Positions 33,701 to 47,987 of a stretch of DNA of 64,000 nucleotides are shown here, piece after piece; positions within the stretch are counted from its first letter, which is position 1, and every line of letters begins with the position of its first letter. The notes beneath the pieces were generated by a model that did no database searches, was not told the DNA's origin, and saw nothing but the letters and a program-made list of their open reading frames with translations. The position numbers were made by a program, and so were the translations under genes. The stretch comes from Tubulanus polymorphus (lineage: Eukaryota > Animalia > Nemertea): positions 9,994,962 to 10,058,961 of the forward strand of contig NC_134034.1 in the NCBI RefSeq assembly GCF_964204645.1, given 5' to 3'.

Positions 33701-36700
33701 TATGCCACGGTACTTAGAGCCGTCAAATTTGACAATACATTTTTTGGAGCAGTTGCTGAAAATTTGGTCATAGTTCACCAGTGGATAGTTGACATAGTGA
33801 CAAAGTTCACCATTACTATGGTATTTATCCATAGCATTTTTTGTACGAATTTCAATTTGGAAATGTACAAAAAATGCTTTTGCACACGAGTGACGTCACC
33901 GCATTCTAGCAATTCCTACCGATGCTGTGGCTGGGCTTTTGTCAGTTTACATGACGACAATTTCCTTACAAATTATTGCGATGGACTACGAACGACTTCA
34001 GAGCGGACTGTTAACCGTATACTGGCGTTGATGCCGATGAATTCCAAATATTGTAATCGATCTATTTTTTTTCAGCGATGATCAGTTATAACGTTATCAT
34101 CGGAGACACAATTACCAAAGTAATAACTCGGTTAGGCGGAGGTAAGATTACAAACTTCCCGATTACTCGACTCCATGACGTCACTATAGATATCTTGCAG
34201 TCATATGATCGACGCCGCCATATTTGTTAGCAAACGCAATATGCATCATGCCCTCCACTACCTGCTTTACTCGCTTTACCCCCGGCTTTCCCGTTCCCCA
34301 CCCTTCTCCCCAGAATTTCCTCTACTCCGCCTTTCCCTATATCTCAACTATTCTATATTTTCAACTGTACTCCCTACAAATTCCCTTATCTCCCCACCGT
34401 CCTCATCCCTAGTCCACGCCCGTATGCTGGAGACGTGTTAATGCGTTTATTTTTACCCTTATCGCCAGTGTAACATCAGCGCAGACAATAATAATATGAT
34501 CTACCAGTGTCAGGTGTCCCCGGTGGCCATGCGGACTCCGTTCTCAGAGAGAACCATCATCATTTGACGGCAGAGATAATGGTTCCCAACGCCCACCAGT
34601 CAGTAATGGCACTATGCGCCGACTTACATCCATGTAAGACAAGCTCAGCGATATAACGTTCAATGGAGGGCTTAACTGCATCGTTAAAACGTGCTATGGG
34701 TGAAAATAGACTATGAATTCATACAATGAATCAATATCTATGTAAGAGGTCCGTCGTTGTTTGGTTGCCAACCAGTGCCGGAGAGCTGCATACAGCAAAT
34801 TTAGAAAAAATGAAATGATCAGGGGATTTAGAAACTTCGAGGTTCTGTCAAGTAACTCGCATGATGTGTTATCCAACCAATATGGCGTTGGATACGGTCT
34901 GGTTCGTGATCAGATGTCTCATTCGTGTAGGCTGCCGGCCGCTCAACCACTCCCAGCCGGTATCGACCTTCTTTCTATCCCGGTATCTCCATTTTTATCA
35001 TTCGCGAGTATAATTCCAGTTATCGAACCATATGCATGAACTGTTTTGCAGAGCATTTAGCCCATACGGTGTTAGGAAATCGACAGTTCGTGATAGCGCT
35101 GACGACTGTACTGGTTACATTACCTTTATCATTGTACAGAAACGTATCTAAACTTAGCAAGGTTCGTATGATATCTTTACCTTCTATTCGAACGAAATAT
35201 AAGTCAATTAATCATTTTATCTTATCCTATAAAACGGTTCTCGCAATTCGGACTGACGAATGTCTCCTAATACGTCAGGATTCATGCTGCTCTTCGAAAT
35301 CCTGGATTCCAAAAAATCCTCCAAATATCTAAGAAGCATTTTCAAGAACCTCAAATCCCCTTAAATTCCTTTAAGATTTGAGAGAGTTTACACTGATGGA
35401 CCCCTTGAGATGCTTCCACTAACCATGAAATTTGTTCCTTTCCCTACTAAACCCAATATCTGCTCCTGAAATTCTCGAAAACTCCTCTTAAATGAAGAAG
35501 TATTTTCGAGGACCTCACGTGAATTCTTGTCAGAATATTCAATATATTACCATCGTTAATTACCATGGTATAATGACATTTTCCCTCAAATTCTTAAGAT
35601 AGCCAGTTCTCATATCGTGGCTCTGGGTTAACCAACCACAACTTCGATTCTCCTTGACTTTCTTAGCATTTTTTTCAATATACTTTTTCGATGTAAACCC
35701 CTTTGCAGCCTGTACAGATGAATCCCCGATCTCGTGGAAGGCTAGAAGCTCATAAGAAACATGACAACCTTCTGGAATTACAGAGCAAATGTGAAAATTC
35801 TAATTCATAGTATTAGTTCCCCAAACATTTGCAGGAAGTCATACAGAATTAGTAATCTACCATACTCCTCAAAAGGTCCAAACCAATTCTGAACCCATAA
35901 TCTAATTGCAAAGAGTCTACTGGATTACCGACCTTACATTTGAGTTTTTACTCGATGTGTTTTGAGATTATGAATTTATTTTTCAGGCTTCCCTGGTATC
36001 TGTAGTGTTCATATTATTCATTGTATTCGTAATAATCGGAAAGGCGTTTGTCATAGGACCTCACGTGTAAGCGAACAACCGCACAATGTCATCGTCACCA
36101 TTTTCATCTCCGTGTCAGTGCCTATATAGCGCCTCCGCCTTATGCATATTTACAATTCACATTGGACGGATCTAGAGTAGGAAGGTCTCGGGGGTGCATA
36201 TTATAATTTAAAAGATCCACAATATGAAGACTTAAGAGGATGGGTCACTTCTGTCCATCTTCGGAGAACAACCTCTGAAGAAGCCTTCTTTCCGAAAAGA
36301 CAAAAAAAAACAGATTCTATTTGTTAAGTCTTCATTTCATGTTGTTGGTCTTTTAAATATAAACTTCGTTGATTGCGACTGGTGTCTACTTATTTCGCTC
36401 TCATCGGTGCTTTCAGTTTTCGGTTGCCATTGCTAGTTATAAACTGGTCGTCAATCTGCACTGACGCTAATCCTCTCAGAAATCGAATCATTCGGCTGTA
36501 TAGCCCTACTTCACGAAATTTTGATAATTTCCTTACACCCTTTCGGAAGCCCTGCTTCATTTTTGAATTGCCCGACCATACCTATCGAAACTAACATTCT
36601 ACTTCCTAGATCCGCCCGTTTTCTTCTAGATGTTTTCATTTGTCGGATTTGATAATAGGGGGAGGACTGATACTATCTCGTGTTGCATTGATATTTCTAA

Positions 36701-39700
36701 GTTGTTCATCTGTACTACTGTAACGTACGTATCATAAGTATCGTTGTTATATTTGCCTGATGATTTCGTGTTTAAAACCGTATTCAGTACATTTTCAAGC
36801 ATATATTATACGTGTTGTTTTCAGCTGAACTAAGTCGAAAAGCTGTAATTTCTTAATCCTTCTTTTCTGCATTTAAATGTCATTGATGTATATACGTGTT
36901 CATTGCCATCATGTTGCCTTCGAAGCTACATAGCCTCTTCTTCGACTGACCTGTAAACCTCGACTGAGTGGTGGCTGATTCGGGCTTGAGTTCGGTTCCG
37001 TCCGATACGGTCCAACGGATGGATAATCTCTGCGAGTATATGGAATTGTTTAGCAAGCTAAGATACGATAAGATTATCTTTTACTCTCCACCCATTTCCG
37101 TGGTACGCGGAGGGAAAGATGATTTCGTTAACAAACATATCGAGAGAAAGATAAAAACGTTTTAATAACTTACAAGGTTATTTACAATATAAACAGATGT
37201 AGTGTACTATTTACAATCTACCGACTACAGGAGGGATCTATATACATCGAAACCATCTTTGATTAATTTTGCTTATAGGAAATTTTTATGACGTCACCTG
37301 TAGCCCGAATCAGTCGCCGTTGAATGAGTCGTTATAGACAGTCACCGACGAATCGGGTTCGAGTCCCACATTTTTTAGCGATGTTTACATGTTTATATAT
37401 ATCTATATATATTTGTGTGTTTGTATCGTTGCAGTGCGCATTTCTATCAATCATATTGAATATAGTAATAATGGGTGTAGTGATATTTCGTTTAATCATT
37501 CCGTTCACTCCGTCGAGACCGTAAGATTGAGTTTGAAATATATGAAATCGTTCAACGGAATCATCGCGATCGTAAAGCTTAGCGTTCTTATCTCACTTTT
37601 ACCTTTTTGACGTTGCAGGCCGTCTACGGAAGGGGCGTGGTCGTTCGCGAATACCGGAGTAACCCAATCTATTGGGATATTAGCGTTTGGTACGTAGTAT
37701 TTACTGTGGTAACTTTACCTAGTCCAATGGGAACTCATGAAACCAGCTATTCCACCAGATGGCGTAACGAACAGTAGACCGTCCGTTGTCAAAATTAGTT
37801 AATTTTCATTGCGCATAGAACTGGATTTCTAGACTCTCAAATCCATATTATATGACAGCACCCACCAAGAAAAACTATAAATATACAAATAATGAATTCA
37901 TTTTTTGTTCAGATATCGGTATAGATTTCGTGAATAGTTGATTCATTTAAGAGAAAAGTTCATTCAGTTTTCATTGAAATGTAGAAGAAATCGAACGCGG
38001 ATAACCGAGTTACGACTAGCGAACCTGGCGGATCCTCACCTGCCATAAGTGGAATCCTCGATTGCCACAGTTCATTTAGTTTTTATTGAAATGTAGAAGA
38101 AACCGTACGGAACAGAGAATCCCGAAATAGGGCAGTTCTATTGGATATAACAATATCATTTGCAAAAAGGGCACATTTCCACAACTGCCTCCTGCCCACA
38201 GCTTGGTACGATCCTGTAAACGAATTCATTGCAATTCTAACGAAACCAATAGTCGAACTCAAGAGCTGCGGTTTGATTGGACTGTTGCGGAATATAATTT
38301 TCACTTTTTCTACTTACAGCGTTCATGTGCCATCACAATTCGTTTCTGATTTACGATTCTCTGGAAATGAAGACCGAAGAACGATTCGGCATCGTGACGC
38401 ACGCGTCTGTCATATTCGCTATGGTTTGTACGCTGATCTTAGGCGTCACCGGTTACGCGACATTTACTGGGTTCTCTCAGGGTATGTACGCGCCGAGAAC
38501 TGGAAACGAATGGGATTTTTTTTTGGAATTCGCGCCCCATCCCAAATACTAGAATAAAAGGCACCACGTTAACGCGAATCCGAATTTCGATATTCGAATC
38601 GTATTCTGTTTGGTATTTAATTACACGATCTGGCTGGCGAACGGGAACTCCGATCGCCCTTCAGAAATCCACTAGATACACTTGTAATCTCGTGTTTTGT
38701 CACCCAAATGCCTGAGCCTACGACTCGTAAGTCGACAGATTGCTGGTTCGAGTCCCGCATATTCGAAGCGGAGCAATAGTTTTTTCTCCGCGAACAATGA
38801 GGGTGATATGGTGGCTGATGCGCGCTTAAAACTAAAAGCAACAGTTTTTAAAAGACATTTCTCCTTTTTGATAAATTTGAAATTTTAATGGCTCGATTCC
38901 CCCATCGAAGGATAACGTTTTCATGATTGTTTAAGTAATACATGTGTACAACTTCATGACATACGCGCTCTCCTAAATACCCGCAGAAAAGATATAACCG
39001 TAAATCTATTGTTTTCATGTCGTGAATCGTACTGACGATTTCGATGTGTTTCGTGTTGACGATTTTTCTCACTGTATTCATTAACAGGTGATTTACTAGA
39101 GAATTACTGTCGTAACGACGATCTGATGAACGCGATTAGGATCATATTTGCGTTAACAATCATGCTGACCTATCCGATTGAGTGTTTTGTCGTAAGAGAG
39201 GTAAGATTTTCACTAGAATACGCAGCCTCTCTGATCGTTATTATTCCCATCTCTAACGTTAACACCGCGGCGATCGGGGATTCCGTTTGTGGCAAGCGAG
39301 GATCCACCAGGTGCGCTAAGTGCGCATTAGGACAACGATGCTGGATTTCTTCTCGGATTCAATTAAAATCCGGCCATCATTTCTAGAACCCTATGGATGA
39401 CCTATAAATGCTGCTCAAGAATAACGCCGTTTTCCGATGTCAGTGGCTTAAATGTGGTTAACAATTTTACGACTGAGTGAAAAGAAATTTCAAATGAAAT
39501 TTAAATTTATCTACACTCATCACCTCAACGAGAGGTATACAGAGGCAGTCATCAAGACTTATTAACAATTATAAAACATATGATATGATATGATATGATA
39601 TGATATATGATATGATATACAAAATTGTCCTTTTGATGCGCTCGCCATCTAGCGGGAGAGCTGGTCGCACGATATTCAGTAAATGATTCAAATACACTCT

Positions 39701-40907
39701 TTCTTCTTTCTCTGTTCATTTTTAGGTAGTTGAAAATTCGCTATTCGTAAATAACACTCAACCGGCTCCGCTGAAACGTCACGTTATCATCACCCTAATC
39801 GTCGTGACCTTGACCGTCGTCGTTTCCATGGCAACCGATTGTCTCAGCATCGTTCTTCAGTTGAACGTAAGCGATATTTAATTAATCGATTAATTATTCG
39901 ACGATTAGATTTAGATTTTATCACGTTACGTTCATTCCTTGAAGACTTTAAATACATACACAACGAGTGTTCTGGCAACGTTACTGTGGCAATCGAGGAT
40001 TCGATTAAAATCGAATCAATTCTGGATTTCGACGAGTAGAATTGTACATTACTCGTTCAGAAAGCTCATTTGATTATATTTGGATTCGGCAGTTTGAAAA
40101 TGCACAAGTTGATTTGAAATGAACAAGTTTTGACAATTTTTTCCGCCATCTGTATATCCAGACTTATGTATCGTGATTATTTCTCATAAAAAAGAAATAT
40201 TTCTTTGACAGTAACGTTTATTATCATTATTACATAAGATCAACTGCTAATTGTGCCATCTGTAAAAACGATATGTTAATCCAGTGTCTGTCATATAAGA
40301 TAACCTATATATTACAGACAATTCATTTCAATAATCTCTTTATTGTACTGAATACACCCTCTCGGGTCGAGATGTACGGAGTGACATTTACAAAATAGTA
40401 TTTACAAACCATATACATTTTACACTAGTATAAGAATAAATAGAACAACAGCATTTTCTTGTCAGTTACCAGAGTTTAAAATTTCAAAACCTTTCGAGAT
40501 TTTTTTTATGAATGAGAAGGTTTTTGACGCATGGATTAAAATGATTGTCGTTTATATATAGTAGCTACAACTCTGATACGAGTCGCTGCGGTTAACGCTA
40601 TATTTTGTTTGATCTATTACAGGGAGTGCTGGCCGCGGCGCCGCTAGCCTATATCATTCCGCCGTTGTGCGTGATGCGGCTTCAACAAGACGCCATTTTC
40701 TCTCTGAAGAACGTTCCGTGTATTGTCGTGTGCGTGTTCGGCATACTGGTGATGGTGTGCGGGTTCGCGATGACCGTCGTCGATCTGGTCGACGGCATTA
40801 CGTGCAGTCACGGTAAAGAAATGGCCTACTGTCTCGACGCTAACACGAACGCATCGGTAATTCTCGACTCGTTAAACCGAACCGGCGCGACGTACGGAGC
40901 CTCGTGA
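30791..40907 (+). CDS. SLC38A11: Putative sodium-coupled neutral amino acid transporter 11 (SLC38A11-like, Aa_trans family)
   Basis: Exons 30791-30941, 33000-33074, 33167-33225, 33543-33618, 34076-34141, 35052-35161, [35987-36066 or 37435-37520], 37619-37689, 38320-38481, 39088-39200, 39726-39866, 40623-40907, all GT-AG and phase-consistent. Motifs ASFNFINSIIGSGIIGAPY, AMISYNVIIGDT, LPLSLYRN, AFMCHHNSFLIY, QGDLLENYC, LTYPIECFVVRE. Start uncertain (first in-frame ATG at 30863, or an upstream exon). Confidence 0.92.
31525..32310 (+). repeat. 55/53-bp minisatellite (~14 copies) with internal inverted repeat, in an SLC38A11 intron
   Basis: Unit CAGCAGTCCCAACACGCTACCGAGTTCCCTGATTCTCAACTCGGTGAAATATTTA; ACCGAGTT...AACTCGGT stem; extra copies at about 7495-7560 and, inverted, 49483-49610. 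Confidence 0.97.
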
Positions 40908-42591
40908 GCGCGCGGCGCCGATCAAGCTTTAAACATCGATCAAAATTAAATACCCCCTCTCTCCAGTAAAAACCGAAACCGTAATTTATTTTGCGATATA
41001 TATTACTGTCTTCTGATTAGCGTTTAAGGATCTTCTTCTATATTGGAAACAAAATTACGGCGACGCGGGTGACGGCCAGTGCTGGACTTTGTGACGTCAC
41101 AGTATCTGAGTGTTGTGATTTTTCCACGTGCTATGTTAAATCGAAATATATTTAATGTTTAAAACATAAAACGTTATTTTCATAAACATTGTAAATATAA
41201 TTATATACATATATAATGTTAATTCCTTATTGATGAACAAATTATTAGTAAAATGACATTAACTGTGGACGCCCTCTAGCGTTCATGAGTCAAGTTTATT
41301 TTGTTGTGTTAAGCTGTTAAGTATTCTATTTAGTAGTTTTGATTGATCTCTACCGGTTTTGAAAATGCGTATTCTACTGACGCGTACGATTCGGCCAGGA
41401 TTTATATGCTCTACCTATTCCGGATATAGAGCATAATCTTGTTTTCGTCGTAGTTAACGTTGAATTCTATATGAAGAATATCATTTCTGTCCTAATTTTC
41501 TGTATTGGTTGTATCAACTCACGCGCCTGCCTTAAAAACCTTTGATATAAAAGGACTGACGTTCTGTATTTTAAATTTTAAGAAACTCGTGCGTTATCAG
41601 TTTACAAATCAGGCTCCGATATGCATTGAATCGGAATGCAACTAGCATTAGATTCTTTGTTGTACTCTGAAACGAATTTTCTAATAGGTTTGGAAGTCTG
41701 TAATCTACTAATGCTGATAGCTTGCGATCTACAACCTGAAACCACCGTTCACCATTTTGTTGTAAATGAATCCTAGACGATCAGTAAAAATGTCTGGTGT
41801 TTGAATAGTTCATTCTCAATTGAAATATCTCAAGCCTTGGACACATGCGAAGTCTGGACAAACAGTTTTGAAATGTGTGCTAGTAAAATGTCTACAAAGT
41901 ACCGAACACAAGTGAACAAAGCAAAATTGGCCCGATAAAATATATCGGATATTTGAGGGTTTTGGTTCCAGGCTGTAGGTGGATATCTCGTTATTAAAGT
42001 ACCTGTTCTCAGATTCGTTCTCATTCCAACAGCAGCTCCGGCATTTTTGAAAGTGAAATATTTTACGAGGTTATGTAAATGCTCTATACAATTGAATCCA
42101 TGTTTTCTGTGTTTACTTTGATGTTCTGTAGACGAATAGTTTCTGTATAGAGAAAAATGTAAGAAATATAGGATAAAATAAAGTTTCTAATACAATATGT
42201 GCATTGTAAACTTCAGTTCTGTAGGCAAACGGATTGTGGCACAATCTGACACGAACAAAATTCGATGATAATAATAATACAATCGAAATGCACTCTCGTT
42301 TTCTAAACGAGCGTGTAATTACAGCTTATTAGCAATGCAAGTCCGACCAGGATCCAGTCTCATGAAAAAGTAAAACTCAATTGATGTATTTGCTATTGGT
42401 TACTTCGTGTTTTGAATGAGGACAACATCAATTCCAACGTTAATTGATTTATGCTTAAACTTTTTCGAGAAGCCTTGAGTGATATTACAGTCATGTCTCA
42501 AGTCGATACGGCGAAGTCGCGATGATATCCAGGTTGATAAGTCTTCTATTCATAAGCTGTTGTCTGGGCGATTTTACGACTTTCACGACTC

Positions 42592-43635
42592 TCACGAGTC
42601 TTTTCCTCGTCTGTCAGTTTCCGCGTGTGGAAGTTTTTGCCGGAAGTTCTTGTTAACTATGGCGTATATGAAGAAGTTAATACAAGAATTAAGCACGGTA
42701 GTCAAGCCACCTATCGTATAGAAAATCGGCCAGAGGACAGAAATCTTCGTAGCGTATCTGACTATCTCAATGAAGACGTTCGGGAACTCGAGGATTATGA
42801 ACGCCGTACAAACGTATATGACGGTGACCGTTGCTTTCGTTTGGGAGTTGCCTTTCGCGCTGCCGCCAGGCGTCGCCGTGGCCGATGGGTTTAGAAGCGA
42901 TAGCCGATGCCTCCTGTTAGCGAACAGCCAGATTAGCATGGACGCATCGGCTAACAGAGTCAGGAATACGGGCACCAGCGTGTTGATGACGCGTAACTGA
43001 ATGATCGGGAAGTAAAGTAAAACTTTGCGCGAACTTTTCATTAACGAGAAAGCCGGGGTGATGCAATAATCGTCGAACGGGTTTATCTCGAAGGCGAGCG
43101 ACCACAGGCAAATATGCGAGACGAAAAATATGACGGTCATCCATACGCTGGATAGCATCAAACGGCGTGAGGTCAAAACTATCGGCGCTTTCAACGGGTA
43201 AACGATAATGAACAGGCGTTCGAGTTGCACGAGAACCGTCATCCAGTTACGAACGGCGACGAGAGTTGTTTTCGGTACGACCAAAACGCGGAAAGCGCCA
43301 GGGAATATCTGATAGGGATTACGGTTGAAGACGTAGCGACCGTAAACGATGCGAAACGTGACGTAGAGCACTGGGCCCGACAGCAGCACGGTCACCAGGA
43401 ACCCGGCGTCGACCATCGCCAGTAACCACAGCGCGTAAACCGATCGATGAGCTCTACGCAGACGACCCAATACGACGACCGTTAGAACGTTCAGGGCTAA
43501 ACCGACGACGCTCATGAAACCGATACCGTAGACTTCGGTGTGAAAGCGAACGTAATACGCCGGGTTCGTGTCGGTACATGATGATCGATTATTGGTTGAC
43601 GATGAACTGTTGTCGCCTATGATCGACTGGGCCAT
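42592..43635 (-). CDS. Intronless class A (rhodopsin-like) orphan GPCR, FMRFamide/sex-peptide-receptor-like, 347 aa (GPCR1)
   Basis: Seven hydrophobic segments; GLALNVLT (TM1), LAMVD (TM2), RNW..LERL (DRY equivalent), EFP (TM6), NSCINFFIY..NKNFR (TM7/helix 8). Confidence 0.9.
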   Translation of the reverse strand: MAQSIIGDNSSSSTNNRSSCTDTNPAYYVRFHTEVYGIGFMSVVGLALNVLTVVVLGRLRRAHRSVYALWLLAMVDAGFLVTVLLSGPVLYVTFRIVYGRYVFNRNPYQIFPGAFRVLVVPKTTLVAVRNWMTVLVQLERLFIIVYPLKAPIVLTSRRLMLSSVWMTVIFFVSHICLWSLAFEINPFDDYCITPAFSLMKSSRKVLLYFPIIQLRVINTLVPVFLTLLADASMLIWLFANRRHRLSLLNPSATATPGGSAKGNSQTKATVTVIYVCTAFIILEFPNVFIEIVRYATKISVLWPIFYTIGGLTTVLNSCINFFIYAIVNKNFRQKLPHAETDRRGKDS

Positions 43636-44139
43636 TGTTTATGTCATTTTCCTATTCGCACGTCGTGGATAACTGAAATACATACACCTAATCCAATCAC
43701 AATGTTTAATAGCGAATTCTAAATCGGATTGATTAAATCATTAAGCTGATTTATATCATCCTATTGAGTAGCAATCCACTCCGATTCGACTTCGGAGGTT
43801 TTGAAATCGATAATACATACATGGTAGATGAAACACTCTCTGTCCGTGCTACAGAATCCCACAATATGGAACAAAAAATGAGTTCGAAATGTTTCCTCGA
43901 ATAAATGATTTATTTCACCGAGTTTAATGTACATGTTTGTATTCCTGAAGATGACTATTAGAATATAGTCGAAACGTTGACTAGACTAAACTTTAGTCAA
44001 AGAAAAACGCCGGGCTGTATTATTTCTACTATTAGTTTTGCGATTTCTCTTACTATCGTTTCAATGCGGACAAAAAGTCCATTCGTTGTTTTCTTTTGTG
44101 ATTACCCTGCTCATTCAAGTGTCAGTTTGCCTAAAAATA

Positions 44140-44468
44140 CATCCTCCCCGGCAGGGATTCGAACCTGATGGTATCGAGGTTGCCGCGGTACGAAACCCTG
44201 CCACACTAGACCGAGCGCGCAGCTTACATGATGCCATCATTAGCATATCAGATATTCCGTTTTATTCTAGCCTGGGCTTTCCCATTTATAGTTTTTTCCA
44301 TGAAATTTACCTCAGCGAGTACACAACTAGCAATCTGATAGGTGCCGCGAGTTTTCCTGCGGCAAAGTGCACATGTACGTGCGCACACGGTCTAGTGTGG
44401 CAGGGGTTCGTGCGGCGTGGCTGAGTGTAGCGATGCCATGAGGTTTGAATCCCTGCCGTTGGACGATG
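44140..44468. mobile_element. MITE with long imperfect TIRs (CATC...GATG ends)
   Basis: CATCCTCCCCGGCAGGGATTCGAACCT ... AGGTTTGAATCCCTGCCGTTGGACGATG; inner TGCCACACTAGACCG / CGGTCTAGTGTGGCA. Confidence 0.75.
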
Positions 44469-44899
44469 CTATGATACTGTTGTTTTTCCATTGACAATCT
44501 CATTCACCTGATGAAGCTGCTATGCGTGTGCGAAAGCTCGTGTGCCAGTCGTAGTAATACTCGTCTCGTGATCAACACGGACCAAAGTGTTTCTCGTCAC
44601 TCTCGTCAGCAGCAGATCGTGGGGCCTTATGGTACTTCCGTTATACCATGAAACCTGAGCACAATATTGTTAGAGGCACCTTGTCGAAAATGATACTTTG
44701 TTGTTAAAAACAGCACATTCTGTTAAACAAAGCAAGAATTTGGAATAGGAATCTTTTGCCTGGGCACAGCTTGGACGTGGTAGGTTGATATGTAATGTCA
44801 ATTCTACAAACTGCGAAGTCCACGAATATTTTATACATGAACAACAAAAAGTATTTTGTAGACGATTTTATTTGAGGTCAGTTTGAAGTTCTTTTTTTA

Positions 44900-46020
44900 T
44901 TATTCGTATCTACAAACTAAAAACAATTTAAGTTCCCTATTACAGGTCGCAATTCCACATCCAACTTTCGACGCCGATTTCCAAGAATCCTAGATGATGA
45001 AATTAATAAAATATCACTGCCTGTGACAGAAAGGGTAGCACCAGTTAAAAGGCAGAGGTCGGGTCCACCGAAAATACCAATATATATACATGCACCTTTA
45101 AGTTATTTTACTATATCGGAATATTTTTTACGGTTAACCGCCGATCACACAACTAGTATATATGTACTTCGATTTCAAAATCAAACCCCCTTTTTCGTTC
45201 CCGGCAGGTGTGTGTGGTGGGTTTGTAAGATACACCAAATAAAAACAAATCAAACGAAATCTACCAATTAATTAGATAATAGGGTCAATCCATAGTTAAA
45301 GATAAAAAAAGAAAGAAAAATTTTTTTACCATAGATGTGGATTGTGCGCAGTATTTGGCATTTCCCGGACAACCTTTTAGCATATAGTTGGTTTTCGTCG
45401 ACCAGGCTTTAACAGCCACTCTCATCAGATTCCTGTTGGCGATCACCTCGCTGACCATGTACAGGTTTTCGGGGTATAGGTAAGCGTGCGACGAAGATTC
45501 CATGCTGCAATAATTGGCGTGTGCTTTAGCCTTTTTCGCCAAATCGCTCGACCATTCCTTTGAAGGCACAAAAAATGTGTTTATCGTTAGCATGAAAATA
45601 GCGACACAAATTTGAAAATATCTCGGGTAGTGCTGAACACATGAAGTCTAAAAGATCAGTTTTCGAAAGTGTGCTGATAGATGTCTAATGTCTGGTGTTT
45701 GTAGTTCTTTTTTAATTAAACATGTCTCAGGCGAAGAACTGAACACATGCGAAGTGTTGGACGATCAGAAATTAGAATAATAGTGATGAAATATCTAATT
45801 ATGTCTGGGCGCAGGGTCCGGGCATGAAAGCAGATGTAGGAATGACACCAAAACAGATTGTAGTCCTTAGTTTCATCTGTGTTTTTCATTCAAGATCAAA
45901 ATATTCACTTACGATTCCAGTCGATATTTTGTCGTGTTCAGCAATGGCTGTTGATCTCAGTTCACCGGCCGCGGCCACTCCCAAAAATACCAACAATAAC
46001 GAAGCGCTAAGATACATCAT
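44900..46020 (-). CDS. Small secreted CAP/SCP/PR-1 domain protein, 141 aa (CAP1)
   Basis: Exons 46020-45913 (signal peptide MMYLSASLLLVFLGVAAAG), 45557-45330 (EWSSDLAKKAKAHANYC, ENLY, AVKAW), 44989-44900 (SWKSASKVGCG..C...LVCRYE). Probable non-coding exon and TATA box at about 46455-46520. Confidence 0.88.
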
Positions 46021-47987
46021 CTGTAATTTACAAATATGGTAATACCTGATATGAGTATGATTGCTTCTCCGCCAGATGGTGCTAGTAGTCAGCAGGTCGT
46101 CTGCAGATTCGATTAAAACCTATTCTTATTTTCTCATATTCAATGAATTACGAACAACAGCAATATTATATATAACCTTGAAGCTCAACGCACACGACAC
46201 GGAAACAAAACAGGCTTGATTTCGGAAAAGTTGTTCCCGAAACCGGGTTTCTCGTTTCTCGTAAAGGCTCACAGTCAAGGAAACGCTCGAAAACACGTTT
46301 CTGTGTCCTGTTTCAGTGTGTCCCTGCGTCGTAGGCGTTGGGCTTTAGATCAATCACCAGGCATTAATTGATAAAAATCAATTGAAAATGAACTGAATTT
46401 TCATCGACCAACTCTGAAACGGCTCGCTGTCGAAAAGAAAATCCCAATACTCACGACTCTTCACGGTGCAGACGAATGAGTTCGATGAGCGATGATGACA
46501 TCTAGGAATGTATTTATACGCTGTAGAATCAGATCCCGATAAAACCGGGCTGGTTCATGAGGTGATCAACTTCATGTTACACGCAATGATACCTCAGTTT
46601 ATCGCGTCCATATCCGTTTCGACAACGTGTCTGAGAGACAGACATAGCACGTGCAAACTTTTCCGATCGTTCCCTGCAATTGGGTAGCAGCTTTTACGCC
46701 GGGTGTTAGGACAGTAAATATTTCAGAGGTGACAGAATAAGAAGAATGTTCTTCTATTGCGAGGATTTGAGTCGAAAAGATAACTATAGTATATCTACGT
46801 ATATACGGGAAAAGTGGTCAAGGAAAAGTTTTGAAATACACACAAACTTTGGTAAAATACATAACCTTCGGTAAAATACCTCTATTTATCTTTAAATTAC
46901 GTTCAAAACGTCGAACATCGTCACGCGACACTGTCACCTTGTAACGGAAGGTGACGGGTTTAGAGGGGATGGGAATGGTCAGGCGGCTCAGCCCTACGTA
47001 CCTGTATACTTGCGGCGGTTAAGATTTTTAAAACCTGGCTCAAGTAAGTTACACGAATAGAGGCAATACGTTCCTTGTCATTTTTTTCTAATGCTCAGAA
47101 AATGATTCACTTTTTCGATTTATAAGCACCCGACTTTACCTGTGAAGTCGTGAGGAGCTATACACCTAAACGTATCCGTTGCCCCAGTCGACGCAGATAC
47201 CTGTCGACGTGGAAAAGAAAGACTTGGTAGATGTTGGCTACAGAACTAGGTTGGTCTCTGAAACTGGTCTCAAATCTAAGCCATGACTATAACGTATGCA
47301 ATTCGGGTCAGGGGGTGGTTGCACAGTTGTGGCTTAAGTCCAATAGTGGTCTTATAAATTTCAAGTCTGGTCTTGAATTGTTACATTGGCTACAGAACTA
47401 AGTTGGTCTTAGACTGGTTTTAAGTCTAAGCCGTGACTATGCAACCGGCCCCTGGCCTGTAACCAGAGACCGAATCGTCGTGAAGTTTTGATTTTAAACT
47501 TTGCACATCTTTGAGCCCACGATGCAGAGAAACACAGGAAGAGAGACAGCAAAACGTCTCCCGCGTTTCCCCGTGTTGACACGTTTACGATAATTATCAT
47601 TAATAATTTCATTTCCACAATAAATTACAACATGTCATAAAGAAATATACGAAAATATAAAAATATGAAACATTTTAATATAATGTGGAGGAGATTAGAT
47701 GAAGCCAATGAAGGCTTATATAAACTCTAATCCCCTGGCACACACCGATTCGCACAACCTCATACACACATGCAGTCATACACCTTCACCCAACATACAC
47801 ACAAGAAACAAGAAACTTAGTTTCCGAAACAACGTTTCCGAGATCTAACACGTTTGTTTCCGTAGTTTGATGTTTCCGCGTTCCACCGCCGGGCGAGGAT
47901 CGAGAAACATGGTTTTGGGAAACAACGTTGATTCCGTGTTTCCGCGTTTCATTGCACCGTGTGCGTTGGGTTAAATAAACCCGCGCA

